NCBI GenBank assembly: GCA_951406725.2
Contig: OX597839.1
Coordinates: 19,716,001-19,780,000, forward strand
Direction of reading: 5' to 3'
Source of the DNA: Octopus vulgaris
Lineage: Eukaryota
DNA length: 64,000 nt
Shown here in pieces: positions 13,863-26,920 of the stretch. Position numbers and translations under genes: made by a program. Numbering within the stretch: the stretch's first letter is position 1; every line of letters begins with the position of its first letter. The notes beneath the pieces are model-generated. The model made no database searches. It saw nothing but the letters and a program-made list of their open reading frames with translations, and had not been told where the DNA came from.

Positions 13863-13947
13863 TAATAATAATAACAATAATAATAATAATAATATAATAA
13901 TAATAATAACAATAATAACAATAATAACAACAATAATAATAATAATA

Positions 13948-13978
<31 letters not shown>

Positions 13979-14006
13979 AATAATAACAATAATAATAATA
14001 ATAATC

Positions 14007-14056
<50 letters not shown>

Positions 14057-15193
14057 CACCACCACTACCCAAAATAGTAATAATGATAATAATAATGATA
14101 ATGATGATAATGTTGACAATGATCATGATGATGGTGATGATGATGATAAGAATGCTGCTACTACTACTACTACGAGCAATAATAATGATAATAATTATGA
14201 GAAGAAGAAGGAAAAGAAGAAGAAGAAGAAGAAGAAGAAGAAGAAGAAGAAGAAGAAGAGGGAAAAGAAGAAGAAGAAGAAGAAGAAGAAGAAGAAGAAG
14301 AAGGAAAATCAGGAGAAGAAGAAGGAAGAGGAAAAGAAGAAGAAGAAGAAGTAGAAGAAGAAGAAGGAAAAGAAGAAGAAGAAGGAAAAGAAGAAGGAAA
14401 AGAAGAAGAAGAAGAAGGAAAATAATAAGAAGGAGAAGAAGAAGGAAGAGGAAAAGAAGAAGAAGAAGAAGAAGAAGAAAGGCGTCCACGTTGCCGACCG
14501 TGTTAACGATGGTAGTGGTGGTGGCGACTATGACGCTGATGACGATGACGACGATAATGATGATGATGATGATGATGATGATAACGATGATGTCTATGAT
14601 GAGGATGAGGATGACGACGGTGGTGGTATAGACGTTAGGATAACAGTAAACGTGTCATCAGGCTTTCATCATGTCAATACCATTCCGAAGAACGGAACGG
14701 CTGTCAATATTTGTGGATTGTAGAGGCATTGTGCGTGTGATCAAGGAGATTCGTTGTTCCTATTGTTCCATTGCCCCTTTTTCTTCCTCCTCCTCCATCG
14801 TCATCCTCCTCCTCCTCATCATCATCGTCGTCGTCGTCGTCATCAACAGCTTTCATCTTTCTCTTTCTTCCTCTTCGTCTTCTTCCCGCTGCATCAGCAT
14901 TTTTTCCTTCTTGCTCTCCTCCTACCCCTCCCTCCCTCTCACCCCCTTTTTGTTTGTCTTCCCTGTTGTCATCATCTTTTTTTCTTCCTCCTCCCTTCTT
15001 TCTCCTCTTCCTGTCCTCCTCCTTCATTATCATCATCATCCTTTTTTCTTCTTCCACTTCTCCTTTTTTTCCTCCTCCTCCTCCTCCTCTTCCTCCTCTT
15101 CCTCCTCCTTCTCCTCCTCCTCCTCCATGTTCCTCTCCTTTATCATCGTCTTGTTCTTTCTCTTCTTCCTTTCATCCTCTTTTCCGTGTTTGT

Positions 15194-15224
<31 letters not shown>

Positions 15225-15780
15225 GTCATTTTCTTCTTCACCTTCCTCTTCTGCCTTACCCCTTTCTTGTTTGTTTCCTTCATTTCCATCATCATCATCA
15301 TCATTTTCTTCTTCCTTTCCTCCTCCTTGTTCATCGTCATCATCCTCATCATCATCACTATATTCTTCTTCTCCCCCTCTTCATAAACTTTGCTCTCCTA
15401 CATTAAAGATAATGATAACCATGATTGCGTAAGAGGAAGGAAGACGGAAGAAGATGCGGATGATAGTGATGGTCACGATGATGACGTCTACAATTCAGGC
15501 TGGGGTGATTATTAGGACGATCTTGCCTATGATGATGATGGTTTTGTTGCTGCTGGTGGTGATAATGATGATGACGACGATGATGGGGATGATGATAACG
15601 ATGATAATGATGACGGTGATGATAATGATGATGATGATGGTAATGATGATGATGATGGTAATGATGATGATGATGGTAATGATGATGATGATGGTAACGA
15701 TGATAACGATGATAATGATGAGGGTGGTGCTGCTGCTATTGATACTGTCGCTGATTATGATAATGATGATGATGTTGGCA
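11270..15780. repeat. mosaic of trinucleotide and (TA)n arrays (CAT, ATT, AAT, GAA, CCT, GAT)
   Basis: direct reading. Confidence 0.9.
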
Positions 15781-15829
15781 CCTTGGACAAGTATCCTCTA
15801 CTGTAGCCACGAGCCAACCAAAGAAGCCC

Positions 15830-15870
<41 letters not shown>

Positions 15871-15921
15871 CATTGATAAGATGTATATATACATATATAT
15901 ATACATATATACATACATGCG

Positions 15922-15955
<34 letters not shown>

Positions 15956-15959
15956 GGGG

Positions 15960-17050
15960 GTGCGTGTGTGTGTCTTTGTTTCCTTGTTTGTCCCACTACC
16001 ATCGCATGACAACCGATGTTAGTGTGTTTACGTCCTCGTTACTTAGCGCCTCGGCAAAAGAACCCGATAGCATAGGTATTAGGCTTACAAAGAATAAATC
16101 CTGGAGTCGATTTCTTCGACGAAAAAATGCCTTGAAGGCGGTGCACCAGCATGGCCGCAGTCAAATGACGACTACAAGTAATAGAATTATAGAATAAAAG
16201 AGTAAAATCCTGGACGGGCACTGGCAGAGGAATTCCTTGAGAGACAGACTCAGTCAGTCTGCTAACTTCCCAAAAGAGACAATTTCATTTTTTATTACTT
16301 ATAAGAAATGGAACAATCAGAGATCGTGGTAACATGTACTTGCCAAAATGGCTCCGTGGCGATCAAAGCCATGTGCCGATTAAAGCCTTGTGGGTATATT
16401 TAGTAAATGGAAACTGAGGCCCGTCGTGTGTATATATATATATCTCTCTATATAAACGGCAGTTTGTCTGTGCGTGTTTCTGTGTGTCTGTTTGCTTGTA
16501 CCCTCACCCTGACCACGGCTTTCAACCGATTCTGATGAAACTTGACACACACATAGCCCAATGTCATAATTCAAAACTAACGCAGCGAAAATTTTGAAAA
16601 GTTCCCCCAGTTCTGAAAAAAATCGATAAATTCGACATGGGGTCGAGAATCAGAAACACAAACCGCAAACTGTCTAGGGGACGCAACTCCACCTTTTTTA
16701 ACTAAAAAAAAAATTTACCATATTTTTTTTTCCATTTTTTTGCTATTTTTTGGCTATAACCCTCTAAAAATGCTTTATAGTTATTTCCCTTACAAACCTG
16801 AGCAACGCCGGGCGATACTGCTAGTATATATATATATATATATGTTGGTATGTTTGTGCTCCCAACATCGCTTGACAACGTATGCTTGTGTGTTTACGCC
16901 CTCCGTAACTTACCCGTTCAGCAAAAGGATACCGATAGAATAACTACTAGGCTTACAAAGAATAAGTCCTGGGGTCGATTTGTTCGACTAAAGGCGGTGC
17001 TCCAGCATGGCCGCAGTCAAAATGACTGAAAGAGATAAAAGACTAAAAGA
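15960..17050 (+). mobile_element. family K SINE pieces (3' half 15960-16200; partial copy about 16360-17050 hosting a Helitron-like insert)
   Basis: family tail GGTGC.CCAGCATGGCCGCAGTCAAA. Confidence 0.75.
16442..16825 (-). mobile_element. non-autonomous Helitron/Helentron-like element (Lep1/HINE-type architecture)
   Basis: begins ACTAGCAGTATCGCCCGGCGTTGCTC; shared with 31848 and 54052. Confidence 0.65.
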
Positions 17051-17309
17051 ATATATATACACACATCCACACACTCTTTTCAAACAGTGTTTCCGTCCGG
17101 TCTCTATTTCTGAAGTAATAATTGTCCAAGCCATAATGAGACAGTTTTCAATGCCGTGTCTATCACTCTGATGTGGACAATGGTCACTCTTTTAGTTTAT
17201 TAAGCAAAGGCCAATCCTGATCTTGGAAATCTATGCGGAAAGACATTACAGATAAAGACAATCTCGTATAATCGCTGCCCACTTTGGGATTTGCGACGTG
17301 CCCTCAAGT

Positions 17310-18660
17310 GGTGACGGTGCCACATTCTCGGTCGCAAAATCGTAGTCTTAATTTCCGAACGGAGCGATGCATTGTGTCCTTGAGTGGAGGCGCGTGGCTA
17401 AGTGGTTAGGATCTTGAACTCATGATCATAAGATTGTGGTTTCAATACCTGGACTGGGTGATATGTTGTGTTCTTGAGCAAAACACTTCATTTCATGTTG
17501 CTTCAGTTCACTCAGATTGCAAAAGTGAGTAATCCTGCGATGGACTGGCGTCCTATCCAGGGAGGAGTAATATACCCCAGAGGAACCAGGAAACCAGCTC
17601 TATGCTCCTAATGGAGTGATGTGGGCTATAGACATACTCTACAATATTGTAATGTATAATATAGATATTGTGGAGACACATGACTTAGCGGTTAGAGTGT
17701 TGGACTCCTGATTGTGAGATTGTGGTTTCGATTCCTGGACTGGGCAGTGCATTGTGTTCTTGAGCAAGACACTTCATTTCATGTTGCTCCAGTCCACTCA
17801 GCTAATGGTTAGGATGTTGCACTCATGACTTCTAGATTGTGGTTTCGATTCCTGGACTGGGCAGTGCATTGTGTTCTTGAGCAAGACACTTCATTCCATG
17901 TTGCTCCACTCCACTCAGCTAATGGTTAGGATGTTGCACTCGTGACTTCTAGATTGTGGTTTCAATTCCTGAACTGGGTAGTACATTGTATTCTTGAGCA
18001 AGACACTTCATTTCACCTTGCTTCATTTCACCTCAGCTGGCAAAGATGGGTAATCCTGCGAAGGACTGGTGTCCCATCCAGGGAGGAGTATATACGCCAG
18101 AGGAACCAGGAAACCAGCTCTATGCTCCTTATGGAGTGATGTGGACTATAGACATACTCAGCAATATTGTAATGTATAATATAGATATGGTGGAGACACA
18201 TGGCTTAGTGGTTAGAGTGTTGGACTCCTGATTGTAAGATTGTGGTTTCGATTCCTGGACTGGGCAATGCATTGCATTCTTGAGCAAAACCCTTCATTTC
18301 CATGTTGCTCCAGTCCACTCAGCTAATGGTTAGGATGTTGCACTCATAACTTCTAGATTGTGGTTTCGATTCCTGGACCGGGTGACGCGTTCTGTTCTTG
18401 AGCAAAACCCTTCATTTCATGTTGCTCCATTCCACTCAGCTGACAATTATGAATAATCCTGTGACAGACCGACATCCCGTCAGGGTGGGGAATTTATGCG
18501 CCATGAAAAGATTTGGCACGAGCCTAAAAGGTAACTTTACTTTTGAAGGTGCACGGCTCAGTGGTTAGGGTGTTGGACTCGTGATCGTAAGACTTGGAGT
18601 TTCGATTCCTGAACCGGGTGGCGCGTTGTGTTCTTCAGCAAAACACTTCATTAGATATTT
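17310..18660 (+). repeat. tandem cluster of about 7-8 family V SINE monomers with a nested about 520-bp duplication
   Basis: GGTTAG..GATTGTGGTTTCGATTCCTGGAC repeated; spacer 17612-17668 duplicated at 18133-18188. Confidence 0.85.
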
Positions 18661-18674
18661 TTGCTAGTCTAGTG

Positions 18675-19320
18675 GTTACGATGATGAGGATGATAATGAC
18701 GTTGATTGGGATGATGCTGTTTATGATGATGATAATAATGATGATGATGACAACGATGATGATGATGATGATGACGACGATGGCAATGAAGGTGATGACA
18801 ATGATGACGTTGACACTGATGATTATAATGATGATGATGACGATGAGGATGGCGATGATGACGACAATGATGACGATGTTGATGACGATAATGATAACGA
18901 TGATGATAATAATGATGACGATGATAATGATGTTGGCGATGATGATAATGATGATGGTGATGATAATGATGATGATGATGGTAATGATGATAATGGTGAT
19001 GATGATGATGATGATGATGATGATGGTGATGATGGCGATGATGATGGTGATGATGATGATTATGATGACGATGATGATGGAGATGATGATGGTGATAATG
19101 ATCATGGTGATGATGATGATGATGATGATGATAGTGGTGGTGATGATAATGATGATGGTGATGATGATGATGACGGTGACGACAGTTATCCTAGTGACGA
19201 GTTAGGATAATGATGACAGTTACGATGATGATGACGATGATGATGATAGTTGTAACGATGAAGACGACGGCGATGATGCTCAAGACGACGGTGATGACGA
19301 AAGAAGACGATGACGACAAC
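18675..19320. repeat. (GAT)n array
   Basis: direct reading. Confidence 0.95.
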
Positions 19321-19340
19321 GACGGCGATTTCAATCTTAC

Positions 19341-19463
19341 AATAGTGGAAATGCATCGCTGCAGCCATTGTTACATACGCCATTAAACCAGACAGATAAC
19401 AAAGCGGAATGCCATACGTCTTTGCAATAACACCTCGCTTGACACTTCCACAAAAGATATTGT
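19341..19463 (-). CDS. candidate host exon (123 bp), product unknown
   Basis: ttaattacAG acceptor, GTAAGA donor; open frame NIFCGSVKRGVIAKTYGIPLCYLSGLMAYVTMAAAMHFHY (a second frame is also open). Confidence 0.35.
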
Positions 19464-20089
19464 CTGTAATTAAATGCGATGACAAAGCCAAGACAGTGAT
19501 GACAATGACAACAGCAGCGCTGGTTATGACGATATTGATGACAGCGATGGCTGCGATGACAATAAGGAAAAAATGCTGGAGAAGAGAGTGTCGGCGGAGA
19601 AAATGATGGCGGCGATCGCGATGACAAGAGTTTGCAAAATAGAATGATAAGACTTCGAATGACTAAAGAAGAGGGGACGAGATGGAGGAGGAAGAGGAAG
19701 AGGAGGAGGTGTAGTATTGGGAGGAGGAGGCGCAAAGGAAGAAATAGGAGGTGTAAGAACGAGGTGACTGAGAGTAAGAGGATGAAGAAAAAGAAAACAC
19801 AAGAAGAGGCAGAAGAAGGAGAAGAAGAAGAAGACGAAGAAGAAGACGAAGAAGAAGACGAAGAAGACGAAGAAGACGAAGAAGAAGAAGAAGAAGAAGA
19901 AGAAGAAGAAGAAGAAGAAGAAGAAAAAGGAGAAGGAGAAGAAGAAGCAGGAGGAGAAAAAGTAGGTGAAGGACGTTGGGGAGGGGAAGAAGAAGAAGAA
20001 AAAAAAATATGGATGACGATGACAATAATGGTGAAGTACATCACCGACAACAACAACAATTTATGAACACACACACACACACACATATA

Positions 20090-20142
<53 letters not shown>

Positions 20143-20163
20143 GAGAGAGAGAGAGAGAGAGAG

Positions 20164-20220
<57 letters not shown>

Positions 20221-20381
20221 TACACAGAAAGAGAAAAACAGACAGAAACAGAGATAGATAGGTAGCTAGATAGACAGACAGATAGATAGATAGATATTGA
20301 CGCTGAAAAAGCTGTTACTTTGGGTTTCACAAAACCGATCGTCAGACAATGGTTAGTACCCGGTGCCTGACTATCGGTTAC

Positions 20382-20475
20382 CTGGAAGCCTTTAGTAGCA
20401 TTTTGCAAAATCTTTTCTGCTTCAATAATGTAACATTGTATTCCTCCCTTGGTATTTAGATACCATCTTTCCCAC
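20382..20475 (-). CDS. candidate host exon, product unknown
   Basis: WERWYLNTKGGIQCYIIEAEKILQNATKGFQ then CAG/GTAACC donor; weak acceptor. Confidence 0.3.
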
Positions 20476-20660
20476 CTTGTTTTGTAACAAGGTACTCGTA
20501 TATATTTAAGTACGTACGTATATATTTAAGTACGTATATCTATGTAATTATGTACGTATATCTAACTCTATATATATGTATATCTATGTATATATATATG
20601 TGTGTGTATATATATAAATAATTGTATTTGGGGATGGTCATATGTGTGTATGTGTGTTTG

Positions 20661-20704
<44 letters not shown>

Positions 20705-20878
20705 TGTAGGAAGAAATGGAAGTTTTATATATTAACTTCAAATTTCCGCACTAAGGCACGGTTTTTATGCCCCATGGTCGTAACTTCAACCGTGCCTTTT
20801 CTGTTGTGATTTTTGTTACTCAGGTATCGGTTATCATTTGAATTATCCGTAATAAGATAATTCATTTATCTACTTCAA

Positions 20879-20922
<44 letters not shown>

Positions 20923-22014
20923 TATAGATATTTCTCTGAGTGCATGTTCCTACCTCATGTTATACCGTTAAAACCCGAATATAACTTAGTCTACCCGTAA
21001 ATGAAAATCGATTGTCCCCATGTAAGAGTTACACTGCGATGGATATGATATATTAAAGCACTTAATATTGATGCCCCAGACTGGCCACAATAATATGACT
21101 TGAACCAGTTAGTAAACAGAATTATTGAAAACATCATAACAAAATTTTGGCATGAAAATCTCCTTCCTATTATCAATACTTGTTCAGATTGTATAATGTG
21201 AATGTAAATAATGAAAAAAAAAATGTCAGGATTCCCGGCGAAGTGCTTTTGATAATAACAGAGAAGTAAAGATTTCCTACTAGAAACTACGAAAATAATG
21301 AAACAGTCTATAAAATTTAATCGTATCGTAAGATATGCAAAGCTTATCTCGTTGTTGGGTGTCCAGTCTTATATATAATGGAATATATTTTGAGATAATA
21401 AACTTGGAGCATTCAAAATTTGGAAATTATGCCAGCGCTGTGGAAATGAAACAAAACAAAAAAATGATGATGGGAAACATGTACGCCAAAGGAGTCGGAG
21501 AATTACAGCGGCCATATTTTGCAAGATAGTCGTAGCATATCTCGTTGAGTGTCGAACCGAAATGGAGTGTACATTTAGATACGACATAGGTAGAACATTC
21601 AAATCTCGGAAATTATGCCAGCATTATCCAAATGAGACAAAGCGTGAATGACGGTATGACAGCGACCATTTTGTTGGCGTATGACAATTGATACAAAGAG
21701 ACAAAGAGAGAGAGAGGGAATTATGTAAATCGTTCAGATATCATTCGGGATGATCAATGTGAAAAGAAATATTTCTTAATCAACGTTGCAAAGTTCATTG
21801 GACGATAATACGTCTGTGGAAAGAGATATGGAAACTATCCAAGTATAAAATAACTGGAGATGGAGATATCCAGGAGCGTGGTGATCGAAAATGAAAACCG
21901 AAGTAGTTCCTCGTCGTAATGGTGGTCTGGGGAATGATAATAGATAATGCAAGGACATGCATCAATAAATAATAATAATAATGTTGATATTAGTTTCAAA
22001 TCTTGCCACAAGAT

Positions 22015-22133
22015 TTGGTGGATACTTGTCCTCATGCTGTTAACACCGTTTTGGCTGATATGCCGACCAGCCTTCTCCAGGTGTCTTGGGGAAAATTTTG
22101 AACCTGGGTTCTCATTCTTAAGGTATTTTTCGA

Positions 22134-22194
<61 letters not shown>

Positions 22195-22590
22195 CAAGTC
22201 GCTACCAGGAATCGAACTCGGAATTTTGGGGTTAGTAGCCCGCGCTCTTAACCATTACTTATTTCTTTATTACCCACAAGGGGCTAAACACAGAGGGGAC
22301 AAACAAGGACAGACATAGGTATTAAGTCGATTACATCGACCCCAGTGCGTAACTGGTACTTAATTTATCGACCCCGAAAGGATGAAAGGCAAAGTCGACC
22401 TCGGCGGAATTTGAACTCACAACGTAACGGCAGACGAAATACGGCTACGCATTTCGCCCGGCGTGCTAACGTATCTGCCAGCTCGCCGCCTAGTGGAACT
22501 ATGCCCACGGGCATATGGCGTAGTGGTTAAGAGCGCGGGCTACTAACCCCAAGATTCCGAGCTCGATTCCAAGCAGTGACCAGAACGATA
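22015..22590 (-). mobile_element. tRNA-headed element with hammerhead-like tail and an inverted copy of its head
   Basis: tRNA-like head on minus 22195-22258 and on plus 22508-22582; (TAA)n; degenerate hammerhead 22042-22085. Confidence 0.6.
22259..22490 (-). mobile_element. family M SINE (tRNA head, Meta-like core, LINE-derived tail A)
   Basis: GGCGGCGAGCTGGCAG..GAGTTCAAATTCC..GCCTTTCATCCTTTCGGGGTCGATAAATTAAGTACCAG..CCCCTTGTGGGTAATAAAGAAATA. Confidence 0.9.
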
Positions 22591-22599
22591 ACAACAACG

Positions 22600-22679
<80 letters not shown>

Positions 22680-22689
22680 AATAATAATA

Positions 22690-22852
22690 ATACAAAAGGT
22701 TTGCCTCCTTGGTATGGCGAGATTAATAAGGAAAATAGTAGATAGCTGAAAGGAATAGATAGCATGGTACCGTAGGCTGCAGGTAGCAAGCCTTCTTGTC
22801 ATATAAGACTCCAGGAGCTCCAACAAAACCTGTGATAAAGATAAATAATAAT
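22690..22852 (+). mobile_element. 3' end of R4/Dong-like element in TAA repeats
   Basis: QKVCLLGMARLIRKI; matches 24009-24140. Confidence 0.65.
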
Positions 22853-22854
22853 GA

Positions 22855-23155
22855 GTGGAGCCGCAAAGGATCAGTGGTTAGGGCAGTGGACTCGATGTCG
22901 TAGGATCGCGGTTTCGATTCCCAGACCGGGCGTTGTGAGTGTTTATTGAGCGAAAACACTTAAAGCTCCACGAGGCTCCGGCAGAGGTGGGGTCGATCCC
23001 TGCCGTACTCTTTCGCCACAACTTTCTCTCACTTTTTCTTCTGTTGGCCTGCTCGCTTAGCCAGCGGGGTGGCATCATTTGAAGGCTAAAACAATGCGAA
23101 GCGTATTGTGACCAGCAATGTGTAAGCAACATCTGACAGCCTGGTCGGTCACGTA
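22855..23155 (+). mobile_element. tRNA-derived SINE (family R)
   Basis: B-box GGTTTCGATTCCC; paralog at 53362. Confidence 0.8.
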
Positions 23156-23169
23156 AAATAAACTAATAA

Positions 23170-24165
23170 TAATGAAAGGAACACTAAAAAAAGAGACCGA
23201 GATCAGTATACTGGCAGTGCAAGATCAAGCTTTGGTCACGAACTGGAGGTTCAACCTTTCGAATGAGCAAGTGTTTCCGTTGTGGATGAAACCATTGCCC
23301 GTATCACAGAGGAATGCCCTAGACTTGTCTAAAGCCACTACAAGTCGTGGCGACACGGTCAGGTAACGAAAGTGATACACTGGGAACTTCGAAATGTTGG
23401 GGCTAGAGAGGAGCAAGATGTGGTATGAGCGCAAACAGTAGAGAGTGGCGGAGTCTGGGACTTGCAAAATCCTGTGGGATTTCTTAATCCAAAAAGATCA
23501 GGGACTAGAACATAACAGACCGGACCTTTTGGTGGTCGACAAGATGCACCATATGTGCTATATAGTTAATGTTGCATGCCCATTTAACACACGAACAGTA
23601 GAAAAGGGAAGGCGAAAAAACTAGATAAATACTAGATAAACCCTCTTAAGTACAAAATAGCCCGGCTACGGAAAATGAAGGAGATGAAGATAGTGACAAT
23701 TATTGTTGGGTCCTTGGGGGCAGTATCAGACGGTCTGGCAGAAACGTTAGCACGCCGGGCGAAATGCGTAGCCGTATTTCGTCTGTCGTTACGTTCTGAG
23801 TTCAAATTCCGCCGAGGTAGACTTTGCCTTTCATCCTTTCGGGGTCGATTAAATAAGTACCAGTTACGCATTGGGGTCGATATAATCGACTTAATCCGTT
23901 TCTCTGCCCTTGTTTGTCCTCTCTGTGTATAGCCCCTTGTGGGTAGTAAAGAAATAGGTATCAAGTGGATTATAAAGGAAATTGGAACAGAGTGCCCAGT
24001 AGAACTGTTACAAAAGGTTTGGCTCCTTGGCACGGACAGAATAATGAGGAAAGTATTAGCTGAAAAGAGCGAATGGCATGGTAACGTAGGCTGCAGGTCG
24101 TAACCCCGTTACGCATGCAAAACTCCAGGATTTCCAAGAAAAACTTTGGTAAAAAGAAATAATAA
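23170..24165 (+). mobile_element. R4/Dong-like non-LTR retrotransposon 3' remnant (restriction-like endonuclease), with a family M SINE at 23735-23961
   Basis: ETEISILAVQDQAL, KILWDF.IQ.D..LEHNRPDLLVVDK, IVGSLGAV, LLQKVWLLGTDRIMRKVL; TAA flanks. Confidence 0.8.
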
Positions 24166-24567
24166 TTATAATCCTTTCTACTGGAGGTAAAAATCCTCAA
24201 ATTTGTTGGGCGGGAACTAGTAGATTATATCGACTCCAGTACGCAACTGGTACTTAATTTATCGACCCAGAGAGAAGAAAAACCAAAGTCGACCTCGGCG
24301 GAATTTGAACTCAGAACGCAGCGGCGGACGAAATACCTATTTCTTTACTACCCACAAGGGGCTAAACACAGAGAGGACAAACAAGGACAAACAAACAGAT
24401 TAAGTCGATTACATCGATCCCAGTGTGTAACTGGTACTTAATTTATCGACCAGGAAAGGATGAAAGGCAAAGTGAACCTTAGCGGAATTTGAACTCAGAA
24501 CGTAACGGCAGACGAAATACGGCTACGCATTTCACCCGGTGTGCTAACGTTTCTGCCAGCTCGCCGC
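24165..24567 (-). mobile_element. family M SINE dimer
   Basis: junction AAAGAAATAG/GTATTTCG at about 24336. Confidence 0.85.
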
Positions 24568-24780
24568 TTAACGATGATGATGATGATAAAATTTACATAT
24601 ACACGCAAGAAAGAATAGCCGTGGCACCAAGCAGTGCATTCATATTACGTAAAGCAATGCTTTCAATAGAATAACAGAAACGGAAACCAATGAACTAAAC
24701 CTATGGAAGGAAACACAGAGCCGGGCTCCGTTGTGCACTGAATGCACGCAATAAAATTAAGGATACTAAAATAATAGCAA

Positions 24781-24834
<54 letters not shown>

Positions 24835-25719
24835 GGAGAGGAGGATGAGGGGAGGAATGGAGTAGAAGGAATAATGATGATGGTGACGATGATAATGAAA
24901 TGATGGATAGAAAGGGAAGAAAACAAAGAAGAAGAAGAAGAAGAAGAAGAAGAAGAAGAAGAAGAAGAAGAAGAAGAAGAAGAAGAAGAAGAAGAAGAAG
25001 AAGAAGAAGCGATTAAATAATGTTCAGGAGGAGAATGATAAATTATATTTCAAAATTCCAAATGTTAGAAGAATGAAGAAACAAACAATCATCATTTAAG
25101 TGATAAGGAAGAAAGAAAAGAAGGAAGGAAAGAAGTAAGGAACGATTGACGAAAGGAAATAGAGAGAGAAAAACAGTGGTGTAATGTGGAAAGAGAGAAA
25201 GAAATATTGAAAGGGGAGGGAAAACAAAAGAAAAAGAGAGTGAAAGGAAAGAAATTTAATACGGAAAGAAAGACAGAGAGAGGAGAGAATGGGGGAAACA
25301 GAGAGAAAGAGAAGGGCAGAAAAGAAGGAAGAAAAGAGAGAAAGAACAGTGATGTTAAAAAAGAAAGAGAAATTGAAGGATAGGGGAAAGCGGTAAACAG
25401 AAATAGAAACGAAAGAAAATAACGAAAGCATAAGAAGGAATGAGAAGAAAATCTGAATAAAATCTCTAAACAACGGAGGGGAAGGAGAGAGAGACAGAGA
25501 TAGAATGAGAGAGAAAGTGAATAAAATGCAAGAAAGAAGGAAGGAATGAAAAAGCAGTGATTTAAAGGAGAAAGAATAAACGAAGAGTTTGAAGAATAAA
25601 CGAAAAACGGAACAACAAAAGCGAAAGAAGGAACGATAAAATCGAAAGAAGGAGCGGCGAAAATAAAGTGGAAATATGAAAGAAATTTTAAAAAACGAAA
25701 GCAAGAAAGAGAAAGGCAA

Positions 25720-25775
<56 letters not shown>

Positions 25776-26129
25776 AGGGAGAGAGAGGGAGGTATGAAAA
25801 GGAGAGAGCAAAGAAAAGAAGAAAGAAGATAGATTGAAAGAAGTATGGTGGAGAAAGAAAAACAGAAAATATTCAAAGAAAACAAACGAAAATATTATCA
25901 GAAAGAGAATAAAATTTAAAAAGAAAGATACCATGGAAAACAAAGCAAATAATATAAATAAAAATGGAATTGAAAGCAATAAGACTAAGATTATGAATAA
26001 AGCAAAATGGCGTCGACAAGAAGCAACGGTTTGTGAGAATCATAATGGCGTATTGTCTAACTGGTGATATATTACGAGTTTTTGTGTCTGTCACCATGTA
26101 ATATGTCTGACTGTTGTGTCATGAGCCAT

Positions 26130-26920
26130 TGTAATAATGGTGGTGAATATTGGTGATGTTGTTGGTAGTGCTGGTGATGATGGTGGTAATGATGGTGGTG
26201 ACAGCTGTAGTAGGTGGTGGTGGTGGTGTTAATAGTTGAAGAGGATGGTAGTGGTGGTGGTGGTTGTGTTGGTAACGGTGGCGATCGTGGTGGTAGTTGT
26301 GGTAGCTGATAGTTGCGTTGTAGTAGGTGGTAGTGTTAATAGTTGAAGCGTATAGTACTGGTAATAGGGGTTTTGGTGATGGTGGTTGTGGTGGTGGTAG
26401 TGGTGGTTGTGGTAGTTTTCTTGATGGTGGTTGTGTGTGATAGTGTTGATCATTGAAGAGCAAGGTGGTGTTGATGGTCCGGAGGGTGGTGATAGCGGTA
26501 GCGGTGGTGTTGAGGGTAGCGATGGTGGTGGCGGGAGTAGTAGTGTTGATGGTCCTGAGGGTGGTGGTGGCGGTAGTGGCGGTGTTGAGGATAGCCATGG
26601 TGGTGGCGGTAGCGGTGGTTGTGGCATTCTTATGGATGGTAGTGTTAATAGTTAAAGAACGTGGTAGTGTTGTTGGTGGCGGGGATAGTGATCACAGTGT
26701 TTGTGGTGGTGGTGATGATAGTGTTTGTAGTGGTGCCTATGGTATTGGCGGTGGCTGTGGCGGTTGTAGTTGTTTCACTGGTGATAGTAGTCTAGTGGTC
26801 ATGGCGGAAGCAGTGGTGATAGTGTTGATAGCAGTTAGTACTAGTGCTGGTGGTTGTGATGATGACGGTGATGGGTGTAGTTTGGTTGTAATGGTGGTAG
26901 TGGTGGTGGGGTTGTAGTGG
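26130..26920. repeat. (GGT)-rich degenerate repeat
   Basis: direct reading. Confidence 0.8.

Noticed and set aside
13518-15876. Long poly-L/I/K/R/S/M ORFs
   Set aside because: Trinucleotide arrays open in several frames with no domain content.
16530-16545. CTGATGAAAC as a hammerhead
   Set aside because: No helix II between the core halves; it lies inside a Helitron-like element.
22508-22582. Functional tRNA gene (ACT anticodon)
   Set aside because: Acceptor and T stems do not pair properly and there is no oligo-T terminator; it is a SINE-like head.
25092-25979. 295-aa F/S/L-rich ORF
   Set aside because: Antisense of a low-complexity purine tract.
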